The notes beneath the pieces were generated by a model that was not told where the DNA came from, did not search any database, and worked only from the letters and a program-made list of their open reading frames with translations. A DNA stretch of 39,823 nt, from the IMG/VR virus record IMGVR_UViG_3300024246_000011, positions 1-39,823 of that record; one strand, written 5' to 3'. The DNA is from a virus. Taxonomy: Duplodnaviria; Caudoviricetes. Below are positions 15,374 through 24,253 of this stretch, piece after piece (position 1 is the stretch's first letter; every line of letters begins with the position of its first letter). The position numbers and the translations under genes were made by a program.

Positions 15374-16800
15374 TTTATCGGGTCAAACTCGTGGCTCAAG
15401 AAAAGATTCTCGCGCATCGCCTTAGCTATCTCGATGCTCTTCCTGAAGACGATCTCGTTGAATCTTTTATCCTGGGGGTCATCCAGGGTGAAGAGTCGGG
15501 CCCTCACTTCGCGCACGGCCCCAATCCGATGGGGTCTGGTGATCGCCTGGGAGTTCTCAGAGGGTACGAAAGACTGCTCAATCAATCCCACCTCATGGCA
15601 TTTACCCTTTGCTGTGAGATTAACTGCCGGGCCGCACGCTTTGATCTGCCCGATGAAGACGCGGCACTCAGGATCATGTGTGAACTTCTCGATCGCGTTT
15701 ACACGCCCTTTGTCGGTGGTGCCGCCATACACCTTGGCGACCCCGAAGTCCTTCAAGCCCTCCGCGAGCCCCTCAATAACGATGGTATGCCACGGCGCAA
15801 GGAAGATCTTCGGATACAGGCCCAGCGTCAGCTCCTCCCGGATCAGTTCGACGACGCCGGCAATCCGCTGGGCGCCCTGGAGCAACCGCAGCTCACTGAT
15901 AGAGCCCGCCTGCGCCGCAAGCATATCCACCCCCTCACTGAAGGTCAATCGCTCCGTCTCGATCCCGTCAAGGATCCCACCGAGAGCCGCCCGCTGGTCC
16001 TCGATCCGCTCCACCAACTCCCGCATTCGCCCGGTCAATTCCCAGGCAGGGAAGATAGCTTCGAGCTGCACCTCTCCCTTCTTCAGTTCCACATGCTCGA
16101 AGACGATAGGCGGGAGTTCTGGCATCACATCTTTCTTTAGCCGCCTCAACATGATTCCAGAGTTGTCGAGGAGTGCATGGAGGTCCGGCAGACTCCGCGG
16201 ATTGACGCCGGTGATCTTGATTTCCCCCCGCGTCTGATCGTAGTACGTGGAGCAGAACTTTTGCACGAAGGTCCGGAGATCATGAGGGTAAATCCCGGCG
16301 AGCTTGAGCAGAGGATACAGCTCCCCCACATGATTAGCGATAGGGGTACCAGTGAGGGCCCACATCCGTTTGACTCGCGCCACAATGCCCTCGGTCGGGT
16401 GAAGGATGGCGCGGGTCCGTTTCGCCTTGGTCCCACGAAGCTCATGGAATTCATCAATCACGAGACAATCCCACGGGCCCCAAATGCAGAGATCGGGAGC
16501 GCGCACCCGGGCGAATTCATACGTACAAATCACATGGCCATCGTCGGGAAGCTCATCCCGAAGGCCGTGCATGACCTTGATCGGAGGATGCTCGGGATCG
16601 AACCGGTCGAACTCCCGGAGCCATTGATGCTTCGGTGTTTTGGGACACAGTAGAAGCATTCGTTTGAGCCCCAACCGGCGGGCCGCCTCGACTACCTGGC
16701 ATGACTTACCCAAACCCATATCATCCGCGAGCAGCCGGATACGCCCTTTCATGAGGAACTGGACGCCTTCCGGCTGCCACGGTTTGAGGGGAGGGGACAT
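15370..16800 (-). CDS. SNF2-like (SF2) helicase
   Basis: LLADDMGLGKS, VIDEFH, LTGTP, RRLKKDV, QAITRPHRIG. Confidence 0.92.
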   Translation of the reverse strand: MSPPLKPWQPEGVQFLMKGRIRLLADDMGLGKSCQVVEAARRLGLKRMLLLCPKTPKHQWLREFDRFDPEHPPIKVMHGLRDELPDDGHVICTYEFARVRAPDLCIWGPWDCLVIDEFHELRGTKAKRTRAILHPTEGIVARVKRMWALTGTPIANHVGELYPLLKLAGIYPHDLRTFVQKFCSTYYDQTRGEIKITGVNPRSLPDLHALLDNSGIMLRRLKKDVMPELPPIVFEHVELKKGEVQLEAIFPAWELTGRMRELVERIEDQRAALGGILDGIETERLTFSEGVDMLAAQAGSISELRLLQGAQRIAGVVELIREELTLGLYPKIFLAPWHTIVIEGLAEGLKDFGVAKVYGGTTDKGRVNAIEKFTHDPECRVFIGQIKACGPAVNLTAKGKCHEVGLIEQSFVPSENSQAITRPHRIGAVREVRARLFTLDDPQDKRFNEIVFRKSIEIAKAMRENLFLSHEFDPIK

Positions 16801-16801
16801 C

Positions 16802-17206
16802 TTAGGTCAGCTCATCCATCCCGGATGCTTGCACGTAGTCACTCAACTCGCCCTGGCATTTGAACGGCTCCTTTTCGCTACAGCCGCATGAAATGACGTA
16901 GGCCACCCGGAAACCGTAAAACGTCTTGGCGTAGCGCGGATTCTTGCTGCCCTCTGACTTCTGGTCCCGTTCCGGATCCTCTTCTTCGATCTCCAGGGAA
17001 TGCCCCTCTCCGATATGGTCCCCACATTCCTCCGCCTTGTCCTGCTCCAGATCGAAAGTCGCTTCTTTCAGCTCCGTGCCGCACTCCGCGCAGCTATTCA
17101 CGATGCGGATCTCCGCCGAGACATTCGCATCCTCGTCAACGGACAGGTCAACCTCCGGGTCCATTTCTTCGAACGCAACGAACTTATTACAATCAGGGCA
17201 ACGCAT
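16802..17206 (-). CDS. Acidic Cys-rich hypothetical protein (putative Zn-binding)
   Basis: AAGGAG RBS; CPDC, CAEC, CGC motifs. Confidence 0.75.
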   Translation of the reverse strand: MRCPDCNKFVAFEEMDPEVDLSVDEDANVSAEIRIVNSCAECGTELKEATFDLEQDKAEECGDHIGEGHSLEIEEEDPERDQKSEGSKNPRYAKTFYGFRVAYVISCGCSEKEPFKCQGELSDYVQASGMDELT

Positions 17207-17247
17207 GATTTTTGTCTCCTTGGTTGGTTCGTAGCAAAAGGTTACTT

Positions 17248-17646
17248 CTACTTCCCCGGCCGCTTGGCAATCGCCACTTGCCCCGTCGACTTCGGGGAGA
17301 GGCTCAGCTCCACGGTCAACCGATACTGGGCCAGACACCCCGCATCGTCGAGGGCTTGAAGGACGGCATCGGAGATCGCGTCCGCAATGGCATCCTCCGA
17401 GAATCCCTCCCGCTTCAGGACACGCCGGAGAGACCCGGGCCGGACCCGGAACATGATTTCCATAGAGTGAGTTATCCGCTGGCGGACACCGTTCCGGGCG
17501 ATATCGCTGCTAACCGAGGAAGAGCCGTCCGCATCCCGGATCGGCTGGAGGGCCAGAAGAATTGGGCAATCGGGCTCGTGCAACTTGCCCGCTGGACACG
17601 CGCAAAGTGCGCCCGTGCTCCGTTCTCTATCGTCCATCCGGTCCAT
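17248..17646 (-). CDS. Hypothetical protein
   Basis: ORF tiling; ATG 17646 or 17637. Confidence 0.5.
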   Translation of the reverse strand: MDRMDDRERSTGALCACPAGKLHEPDCPILLALQPIRDADGSSSVSSDIARNGVRQRITHSMEIMFRVRPGSLRRVLKREGFSEDAIADAISDAVLQALDDAGCLAQYRLTVELSLSPKSTGQVAIAKRPGK

Positions 17647-17827
17647 CCCCTTCCTGCTGATCGAGGACACGCGCCGCCTGCGCCCGTGCCCAGTCTTCCC
17701 ATCGCTGTTGTACCCGTTCCTGGTGCTGCAACTCCGCGATGAGCTGCGCTGTCCGAGAGCTATTCCGCCCATCCGATACCGGCCGCCGCCACGCGAATTC
17801 CACGCTGAGAAGCTCCTCCCACCTCAC
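17627..17827 (-). CDS. Hypothetical protein
   Basis: GTGA overlap with resolvase stop, GGAG RBS. Confidence 0.5.
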   Translation of the reverse strand: MRWEELLSVEFAWRRPVSDGRNSSRTAQLIAELQHQERVQQRWEDWARAQAARVLDQQEGDGPDGR

Positions 17828-18345
17828 TCTCCCAGCCCCCTTCCCGTCACGATCCGCCGGGCATGAGCCGCCAAGAAAAGAGCATCCGCCCGGCCGTGCA
17901 GTGGCCCGCCCCGCGGGCCAAACAACGTGGCCCGGGGGAAGAACCTGGCAGCCCGTTTACACACCTCGCGGTCATCCGCCCCGATCAGCCCGGCCTGCGC
18001 CTTCCACACCGGCGCCGCGACCTCGAAAGTTGCGATTCCAAGGCCAGTAAGAACGCCCAAGACCTCCCCTTGCCCCTGCCCGAACCGGAACATGGAGGAA
18101 GTCCCCTCCTTCCGATCCGCCTTCCCCATAGCACCCACCTTCTCAACAACGAAGACCAGTTGCTCTCCGTTGAAACACGCCTCCTGTACCTCGACCAGAA
18201 TGGATCGCAGCTTCCCCCGGTCAATCCGTCGATGCTTCCCCGCCCCGACCACCGGCATATCCCATATCTCACGGTGGGGATCTTCGAAGAGGACAGCAAT
18301 AGCGCCGGTGAACCCGGGATCAATGCCGCCGTAGAAGGCGCTCAC
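17824..18345 (-). CDS. RuvC-like Holliday junction resolvase
   Basis: GIDPG, VVEKV, SMFRFG, PVWK, ADAL acidic catalytic motifs. Confidence 0.88.
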   Translation of the reverse strand: MSAFYGGIDPGFTGAIAVLFEDPHREIWDMPVVGAGKHRRIDRGKLRSILVEVQEACFNGEQLVFVVEKVGAMGKADRKEGTSSMFRFGQGQGEVLGVLTGLGIATFEVAAPVWKAQAGLIGADDREVCKRAARFFPRATLFGPRGGPLHGRADALFLAAHARRIVTGRGLGE

Positions 18346-18860
18346 CTTGGTTTCGCTTCCATGTTTTCTTCGGCCATCCGATCCTTTTCAGCCTCTTCCC
18401 GCAGGATCCGCACCAGCAGCGCATAAGCGGCCAGGTCCATGAGGGTGTCGTTCAGTGCCTCTTCCAGCACGGCCGGCGCCTCCCCGTGGACCTCCTTGGC
18501 CGCCAAGCTCTGGACACGCGCCCACTTGTCACTCACCCGGACGAGGCATCCCCTCCACGCCTCCGCCCCGAAGGACTCGCACATGCGGAAATTGCTGAGC
18601 GAGTCGGACACCTGGGAGTAGTCGGAGTTCTTGCGGACGTGCATGGCGGCCATCTCCGCCAGCAACTCATGGAATCGAGGATGACCGCGGCGCTCTACGG
18701 GGATGACTGGCGCAACCCAAGTTGGGCGAGCCATCTCGTGCCGCCGCTGGGCCTCCCCTGCCGGTAAGTGGCAAGGACAGCCGCAGGACTCCCCCAGAGA
18801 GCCGCACTCCGCCCGCAGGTTCCCGGGCTTTTCGCAACACCGGTGGGGCTGCTGCTTCAC
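18342..18860 (-). CDS. Nmad1 / DUF1599-like nucleotide modification-associated protein with Cys-rich N-terminal extension
   Basis: RKNSDY, NF, RVSDKWARV, DTLMDLAAYALL; GTG 18860 overlaps upstream stop. Confidence 0.8.
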   Translation of the reverse strand: MKQQPHRCCEKPGNLRAECGSLGESCGCPCHLPAGEAQRRHEMARPTWVAPVIPVERRGHPRFHELLAEMAAMHVRKNSDYSQVSDSLSNFRMCESFGAEAWRGCLVRVSDKWARVQSLAAKEVHGEAPAVLEEALNDTLMDLAAYALLVRILREEAEKDRMAEENMEAKPR

Positions 18861-19036
18861 TGGGCACCCCCGAAGACCTGGCAAATCAGGGAAATCAGGG
18901 CCAGTAGCAGCAGAACCACCAGACTGGTGACCGCAATTCTATTCTGCTGCGAGTGGCATCGCTGGAGCCAACACGGGTGGCAATACCCGGTGGCGCTCAT
19001 CTCCAGGGGAGCCCCGCACCGTTTACACGTTCTCAT
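18857..19036 (-). CDS. 59-aa Zn-finger plus transmembrane protein
   Basis: MRTCKRCG...CHPC...IAVTSLVVLLLLALISLICQVFGG; AAGGAG RBS; below ORF-track cut-off. Confidence 0.65.
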   Translation of the reverse strand: MRTCKRCGAPLEMSATGYCHPCWLQRCHSQQNRIAVTSLVVLLLLALISLICQVFGGAQ

Positions 19037-19217
19037 GCGTCTCCTTTCCTTCCAGACGCTCGATCTTCTGCCGCTGCTCCTCGACAGTCGCCAGCAGGAA
19101 ATCGAGATCGGGCCCGATGGCTCGCTTGTAGGCTGCCGCGAAGGTCCCGGTAGACCCCCGCGCGTTCTCCCGGGCTATCCGAATCTGCCCCAGTCGGATC
19201 TGATCTGCCTTGCTCAT
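19023..19217 (-). CDS. Hypothetical protein
   Basis: GGAGGG RBS; DLDFLLATVEE helical motif. Confidence 0.65.
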   Translation of the reverse strand: MSKADQIRLGQIRIARENARGSTGTFAAAYKRAIGPDLDFLLATVEEQRQKIERLEGKETHENV

Positions 19218-19234
19218 GCTCCCTCCAAGGATCA

Positions 19235-19261
19235 GACACCCGGAGACGGTCTCCGGGTGTC
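19235..19261. repeat. Perfect 27-bp intergenic inverted repeat
   Basis: GACACCCGGAGAC-g-GTCTCCGGGTGTC. Confidence 0.9.
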
Positions 19262-19265
19262 CCGG

Positions 19266-19451
19266 TTACTTCCCCTTCGCCCGTTGCGCGGCGAGCTTAC
19301 GCGCATAACAGGGACCATACCTCGCCAGCCGGTCACAGATCTGTCCGGGATCCGCTCCGCAGTCCGGACAGGGCACGGACAAAGGATCTGCGGACACCCG
19401 TCGCCCGGGACTGGACACCCGGTCAGGGGCCGGTGACTTCCTGCGCGTCAC
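19266..19451 (-). CDS. Small zinc-finger protein
   Basis: LSVPCPDCGADPGQIC...C motif; GTGA overlap with upstream gene. Confidence 0.65.
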   Translation of the reverse strand: MTRRKSPAPDRVSSPGRRVSADPLSVPCPDCGADPGQICDRLARYGPCYARKLAAQRAKGK

Positions 19452-20062
19452 ACCTCCACCTGAAGCTCAGTGGTATCCGCCTCCGGCTCGCCGGTGATCG
19501 GATCCGCTTCCTCCGGGATGGGGGCCGGCTTGGGTCCGGTCTTCTTCGGAGCGGCCGGCTTCTTCGCCTTGGGAGCGGCGACCTTCTTCGGCTTCGCTTC
19601 CTTGGCTTCCTTCTTCGGGGCCGCCGGCTTCTTCGCCTTGACCTTCTTCGGCGGAAGGGGCTCTCCCGTGATCGGGTCTACCCGCTTCCTCATGCCGCCG
19701 TCGATCGGGTTGGGGCGCTTCCGGGTGACGATCTTCGCCTTGTTCTTCAGCTTCGGAATCGGCCTTTCCGCGGCCCCATCCCGGTAATCCCGCTCGACGT
19801 GAACGGCTCTCTGAAATGACGAGAGATTGATGTGTTTCCCCACCACATCCAGTGTCGCCTGAGAGAACTTCATCCCGCGGTCTGCCAGGATGGCGGCGCA
19901 CGTCTCCGCGAACACGCGCCCCCAGGCGATCGTGTTGTGATGGTGCTCCGTCTTGGGATCATACTTCCCCAATTTCCCCTCGAAGAATACGCTCTGCTTG
20001 ATGTCCTTCAGAGCTTGGCTGATGGACAACTGTTCACCGTTGATCGGATCTTTCTTTGCCAT
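19448..20062 (-). CDS. Hypothetical protein with histone-H1-like Lys/Ala/Pro-rich tail
   Basis: GGGAG RBS; KAKKPAAPKK repeats; DPITGEP twice. Confidence 0.75.
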   Translation of the reverse strand: MAKKDPINGEQLSISQALKDIKQSVFFEGKLGKYDPKTEHHHNTIAWGRVFAETCAAILADRGMKFSQATLDVVGKHINLSSFQRAVHVERDYRDGAAERPIPKLKNKAKIVTRKRPNPIDGGMRKRVDPITGEPLPPKKVKAKKPAAPKKEAKEAKPKKVAAPKAKKPAAPKKTGPKPAPIPEEADPITGEPEADTTELQVEV

Positions 20063-20100
20063 GGTTTAAACGCTCCCTTCCGGCATGTATGAATGCCGGT

Positions 20101-20391
20101 TCATTTATCCTGTTTGGGGACTGGGCTCCAGTCCTTATCGGTCAGGCGGACATGGTAGGCCCATGCTATCTTCTGGAGGATGCCGATGTACTTGGAAGGG
20201 ATCAGGCCGCTCTGGTGGGGGCCGGTCCACCGGTAGATAGCACTGGTGGAGATCGGCCACCCCGCATCCCGGAGGAGGGCCGCGAGTCTCACAGCCCCGC
20301 CAAACCGGGCCACGATACGCTGGGCCTGAGTCACCGCCCGGTCAATTGCCCCGGGCGACACCCCGTCGAAATATATCGGTTTGCGACTCAT
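20101..20391 (-). CDS. Cro-like helix-turn-helix regulator
   Basis: IVARFGGAVRLAALL...ISTSAIYRW...GLIP; GAGGGGG RBS; own promoter. Confidence 0.75.
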   Translation of the reverse strand: MSRKPIYFDGVSPGAIDRAVTQAQRIVARFGGAVRLAALLRDAGWPISTSAIYRWTGPHQSGLIPSKYIGILQKIAWAYHVRLTDKDWSPVPKQDK

Positions 20392-20428
20392 TGGACACCC
20401 CCTCTCATGAAAGCAGAATACTACCGAT

Positions 20429-20458
20429 AATGTAGATGGACACCCGAGGACTTGTCAA
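20429..20458 (-). promoter_or_regulatory. Sigma70-type promoter of cro-like gene
   Basis: TTGACA-18 bp-TACATT. Confidence 0.65.
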
Positions 20459-20465
20459 GAGGGAA

Positions 20466-21149
20466 TTATTTCAGACGCGCCGCCCGAGGGAAGGCGGCGC
20501 GAACCTCATCCGCCATTTCCTTTAGCGCCGTCGCCTCCGCCGCCCGCGCCGTCGCCTCCGCCGCCCGCGCCGCCGCCCACATCGCCGCCTCCGCCCGCGC
20601 CGTCGCCGCCTCCGCCCGCGCCGTCGCCTCCGCCGCCCGCGCCGTCGCATCCGCCTCCGCCGTCGCATCCGCCTCCGCCGTCGCATCCGCCACCCGCGCC
20701 GCCGCCTCCGCCGCCCGCGCCGCCCGCGCCGCCTCCGCCGCCGCCCGCGCCGCCCGCGCCGTCGCATCCGCCGCCGCCCGCGCCGTCGCATCCGCCGCCC
20801 GCGCCGCCCACGCCGCCGCCCGCGCCGTCGCATCCGCCGCCCCCCGCGCCGTCGCATCCGCCGCCCCCCGCGCCGCCGCCTCCGCCGCCCCCCGCGCCGT
20901 CGCCTCCGCCGCCCACGCCGTCGCCTCCGCCTCCGCCGCCCGCGCCGTCGCCCGTTTGGCAAAGCCGCGGGCAAGCTTCACATACTTCTTCCCGTCCCGT
21001 GCGGCAGTACGGGTCCGGCCTAGCAACCACAGCATCCACCGAGGATCGGGGCACGCATCCCAGGCTTTCTGTAGAGTGGGATGCGCCTCACAGAACTCTA
21101 GAGCCGGTTCGCACGCTTTCATACTCCGCAATTTGTCAATGTATTTCAT
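20466..21149 (-). CDS. Ala/Arg-repeat protein, long paralogue (227 aa)
   Basis: MKYIDKLRSMKACEPAL...AWDACPDPRWMLWLL, ~140 aa of ARAA(E/D)AT repeats, ALKEMADEVRAAFP; ATGA overlap with upstream gene. Confidence 0.75.
   Translation of the reverse strand: MKYIDKLRSMKACEPALEFCEAHPTLQKAWDACPDPRWMLWLLGRTRTAARDGKKYVKLARGFAKRATARAAEAEATAWAAEATARGAAEAAARGAADATARGAADATARAAAWAARAADATARAAADATARAARAAAEAARAARAAEAAARVADATAEADATAEADATARAAEATARAEAATARAEAAMWAAARAAEATARAAEATALKEMADEVRAAFPRAARLK
20525..20954. repeat. Low-complexity GCC-rich tandem repeat tract
   Basis: Reiterated GCCCGCGCCGTCGC(C/A)TCCGCC-type units. Confidence 0.9.
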
Positions 21150-21349
21150 TCGTCGCATCCTTTCTTGCCACATGATTTCTGCTGGTGGCATTCCGTACAC
21201 GTATGATCGAACGCGAACCGAACCGCCCGAGCCTTACGAGAGAAGGATCGGACCCACCGATAATCGCCACAATATGCACCAGACGGGTCGATAACCGCGT
21301 AGCCGGACCCGTCACCTGCAAAGAAGTAGTTTAAACGCTCCTGAAACAT
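21146..21349 (-). CDS. Hypothetical protein
   Basis: 67-aa ORF between the two paralogues, coupled to the long copy; CTEC motif. Confidence 0.5.
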   Translation of the reverse strand: MFQERLNYFFAGDGSGYAVIDPSGAYCGDYRWVRSFSRKARAVRFAFDHTCTECHQQKSCGKKGCDE

Positions 21350-21394
21350 GAACCGGGGGAGACCGCGGATCGGTCCCCTCTAGGGGTATCGGGA

Positions 21395-21781
21395 CTATTT
21401 CAGACGCGGCGCCCGGGGGAATGCCGCGCGAACCTCATCCGCCATTTCCTTTAGCGCCGTCTCCGCCGTCTCCGCCGTCTCCGCCGTCTCCGCCGTCTCC
21501 GCCGCCCGCGCCGCCGCCCGCGCCGGCCGCGCCGCCCACGCCGCCTCCGCCGCCGCCCGCGCCGCCGCCCACGCCACCGCCGCCCGCTTTGCGAATCTGG
21601 CGGCAAGCTCCGCATACTTCTTCCCGTCCCGCATGGTAGTACGGGTCCGGCCTAGCAGCCACAACATCCACCGGGGATCAGGACACGCATCCCACGCTCT
21701 CTGTAGGGTGGAGTGTGCCGCGCAAAAGGTCAGGGCCGGCTCACACGCTTCCGTATTTCGCAATTTGTCAATGTATTTCAT
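21395..21781 (-). CDS. Ala/Arg-repeat protein, short paralogue (128 aa)
   Basis: GGAGGA RBS; N- and C-termini near-identical to 20466-21149; short tract with (AET)x5. Confidence 0.75.
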   Translation of the reverse strand: MKYIDKLRNTEACEPALTFCAAHSTLQRAWDACPDPRWMLWLLGRTRTTMRDGKKYAELAARFAKRAAVAWAAARAAAEAAWAARPARAAARAAETAETAETAETAETALKEMADEVRAAFPRAPRLK

Positions 21782-21865
21782 AATGTGGAATCCTCCAGAT
21801 CGTGTAAACATGATCGTGATATGAGAACTATTTGTCGGGTTTCGGTCCGGCCGGTTCGGATACTG

Positions 21866-22249
21866 TTATTGCTTTTCATGTTTCACCGCCCCGAAAGAGG
21901 TAATCGCCCTGATCGTTTCCCGGATCAGCTCTGCGGCGACGATCAGATAGTCCGCCACCGTCATCTCGAATGCCAGGCGGGACGTGCCCCAGAATCCCGC
22001 CCGAGTGGGCGGGAGGGGACCTTTGTGCAGCTTCCAGGTTCGGCCGGACACCTGAAGGTGGACGAGGACGGGATTGTTCTCGTCGGGGCGCGGCCACACA
22101 TCCTCAGTCGGGGAGAGTTCCCGGAGGGCCCGGTGCGCGTGGTGGACTTCCTGTGCCAGCGGGACCAGCGCCGGTATCCCATAGTCCGCCATTGCTCCCC
22201 GCCCGTAGACGGTTGCCTCGATGAGCCGGTCTGCTTCTTCGCTTTTCAT
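21866..22249 (-). CDS. Hypothetical early protein
   Basis: GGAGGT RBS, ATG 22249. Confidence 0.65.
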   Translation of the reverse strand: MKSEEADRLIEATVYGRGAMADYGIPALVPLAQEVHHAHRALRELSPTEDVWPRPDENNPVLVHLQVSGRTWKLHKGPLPPTRAGFWGTSRLAFEMTVADYLIVAAELIRETIRAITSFGAVKHEKQ

Positions 22250-22307
22250 AGAGTAAGAACCTCCAAGGTAGTTTAAACATGATGGGGGGTAGGCTCCCCC
22301 GAATGAG

Positions 22308-22598
22308 CTACAGGTTCGCGGGATTTGAGTAGTCCGTCTCCGTTCCGCAGCGCGACCGCCGCCACCCGTGCCGTAGCAGAATCGCGCGCTCAATAACCTT
22401 CGCCGGCCCTCCGAAGTGAACGACCGCTTCTCCGCCGCCCCACCGATGGGCGCCCCATCGGTCCCCGTTAGGGTCGAGGTAGTCCCGGATAGCGCAAGCG
22501 GCTTCTCCGGTGGAGAGGATAGCCACCTGCTTCATAGCTTGGATAAGACGGGGAAAGCGGCGCGTAATTTCGATTGAGTGGTGAGGGCGGTAGTTCAT
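22308..22598 (-). CDS. Hypothetical early protein
   Basis: GGAGGAG RBS; first gene after promoter 22643-22671. Confidence 0.7.
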   Translation of the reverse strand: MNYRPHHSIEITRRFPRLIQAMKQVAILSTGEAACAIRDYLDPNGDRWGAHRWGGGEAVVHFGGPAKVIERAILLRHGWRRSRCGTETDYSNPANL

Positions 22599-22642
22599 CG
22601 GACTCCTCCGGGATATGGTTCGTGCGGTTTCGGTACTATCAC

Positions 22643-22671
22643 AGTATGCTACCTGGTATCGGTCATGTCAA
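22643..22671 (-). promoter_or_regulatory. Sigma70-type early promoter
   Basis: TTGACA-17 bp-CATACT with A-rich upstream element. Confidence 0.8.
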
Positions 22672-22680
22672 GACTATTTT

Positions 22681-23112
22681 TCAGAAATTTTCGTCTCCGT
22701 CGATTTCCACTCCATCCCGCTCGTCAATTACATCCGATCGGAGGAGCTTGGCCGCTTGATCCTTCGACACTTGCCACCGATCAAGGTACTGCGCCCGGTT
22801 CTCGCGGGACAGCCACAGAGTAGCGGTGCTACCATCCAAGCAGAGGTATGCGCCGGGGAAGCTCACCTTGCGACGGATGATCCCCCGCACCAGCTCGAGC
22901 GGGTCGACCGGGCGGGGACCGCGCTTGACTGCCGGAGGGATGTTCCCGGCATTCGCAATCTGACCAGCGTTGATCGGTTCCCGGAACATCTGGTCAAGAG
23001 CTTGCCGGGCAAGCGCCGCCTCCGGTACACCAGTCAGGTAGGACAGAATCCGCAATTTGTCGGCTTGCGCGGGGAGTAGCTGGAAAGATTTCGTGACCCA
23101 GGAACGCGGCAT
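22681..23112 (-). CDS. Ribbon-helix-helix DNA-binding protein
   Basis: TKSFQLLPAQADKLRILSYLTGVPEAALARQALDQM; GGAGGT RBS. Confidence 0.75.
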   Translation of the reverse strand: MPRSWVTKSFQLLPAQADKLRILSYLTGVPEAALARQALDQMFREPINAGQIANAGNIPPAVKRGPRPVDPLELVRGIIRRKVSFPGAYLCLDGSTATLWLSRENRAQYLDRWQVSKDQAAKLLRSDVIDERDGVEIDGDENF

Positions 23113-23136
23113 AGCGTTTACCTCCGTTTAAGGATA

Positions 23137-23173
23137 CCGGATCTAATCCGGATCTAATCCGGATCTAATCCGG
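23137..23173. repeat. Three tandem copies of 11-mer CCGGATCTAAT
   Basis: Exact copies at 23137, 23148, 23159, then CCGG. Confidence 0.95.
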
Positions 23174-23188
23174 GGGCATACCAGATAC

Positions 23189-23217
23189 AATCTAGCAGAA
23201 ATCCGGAAGTGCTACAA
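23189..23217 (-). promoter_or_regulatory. Possible promoter of the RHH gene
   Basis: TTGTAG-17 bp-TAGATT. Confidence 0.45.
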
Positions 23218-23320
23218 GGGTTATAGAGTGCCCGGCGAGCGGATTTTCGTGTCGGCCGGACACTTGAAGAGTGCAGAAGCCGTATGCAGAGCAGAACCAC
23301 GTGATTTCTCCGGTTCGTCT

Positions 23321-23491
<171 letters not shown>

Positions 23492-23628
23492 TGGTAGGTG
23501 AGTGGTGCTTTCGCGGGCTATCGGGGGCGCGGACCCTGTTTAAACGTATCGGACGCCCGGGAAAGAGAGAACCCGGAGGATCGGACCCCCGGGTCATGAG
23601 CGAGGTGGTGCTAGTCGTTTCAGTGATT

Positions 23629-23880
23629 CTACGGCAGCGGGAGAGGCTGCACCGGACCGCGCAGCCGCCGCGCCTGGCGGTAGCCGTATAGTTTCTGCCT
23701 GTACAGCCGCGGCGCTCGGCTGTCGGTGCAATAGGCCAGCGCCAACAGCCGACGGACACCTCGGAGAGATGCCAGCGCCCCTTCTACGGAGTAGTGGCTG
23801 CGAGGGCCAGTTCCCCCGCAACCGGCGCAGCGCCCCATCGGGGACGTATGCCCGTAATAGCACGTTCCAACCGGAGTCAC
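23629..23880 (-). CDS. Hypothetical early protein
   Basis: AGGAGGT RBS then GTG; downstream of promoter 23957-23985. Confidence 0.65.
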   Translation of the reverse strand: MTPVGTCYYGHTSPMGRCAGCGGTGPRSHYSVEGALASLRGVRRLLALAYCTDSRAPRLYRQKLYGYRQARRLRGPVQPLPLP

Positions 23881-23956
23881 GACTTACCTCCTGCCCGCAT
23901 CGCGGACCGTCAGATTCTACCGCCCCGGCCGGCCGGGTTCGTTGTCCTTCTCTTAC

Positions 23957-23985
23957 ATAGTACGCTATCGGTATGTTCGAGTCAA
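23957..23985 (-). promoter_or_regulatory. Sigma70-type early promoter (copy 1 of duplicated cassette)
   Basis: TTGACT-17 bp-TACTAT; GTTTAAAC 3 bp upstream of -35. Confidence 0.85.
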
Positions 23986-24041
23986 GATGTTTAAACAAAT
24001 ATTTCTCATGATTTGTTGGCGCGTATCTTGCTTTCTGTATA

Positions 24042-24194
24042 TCATGGTATTTCGAGCGCCCTTTCGCGAGGTTCGATTGGGTCGTCCCCGGCAGCGCGGG
24101 CCCGCTCGCTGGCTTCGAGGTAGCGGCGCACGAGACGAATGGCACGAGCGCAGGCACGGCGCAATTGCGAGGTTCCTCCTTGGTGCGTGTTCAT
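24042..24194 (-). CDS. 50-aa hypothetical protein
   Basis: AAGGAGG RBS, ATG 24194. Confidence 0.55.
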   Translation of the reverse strand: MNTHQGGTSQLRRACARAIRLVRRYLEASERARAAGDDPIEPRERALEIP

Positions 24195-24253
24195 TGTCGT
24201 TCCTCCTTGGTTCGGTTGAAGGGAGCCCGGCCGGGCTCCCTTGTCGGTCGGTC

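Noticed and set aside
20452-21294. Poly-Gly, poly-Arg and antisense Ala/Ser ORFs over the repeat tract
   Set aside because: Shadow frames of a stop-free GCC repeat; only the Ala/Arg frame has conserved flanks shared with the paralogue and a coupled start
20466-21781. Diversity-generating retroelement (TR/VR pair)
   Set aside because: No reverse transcriptase in the window and the differences between copies are not confined to adenines
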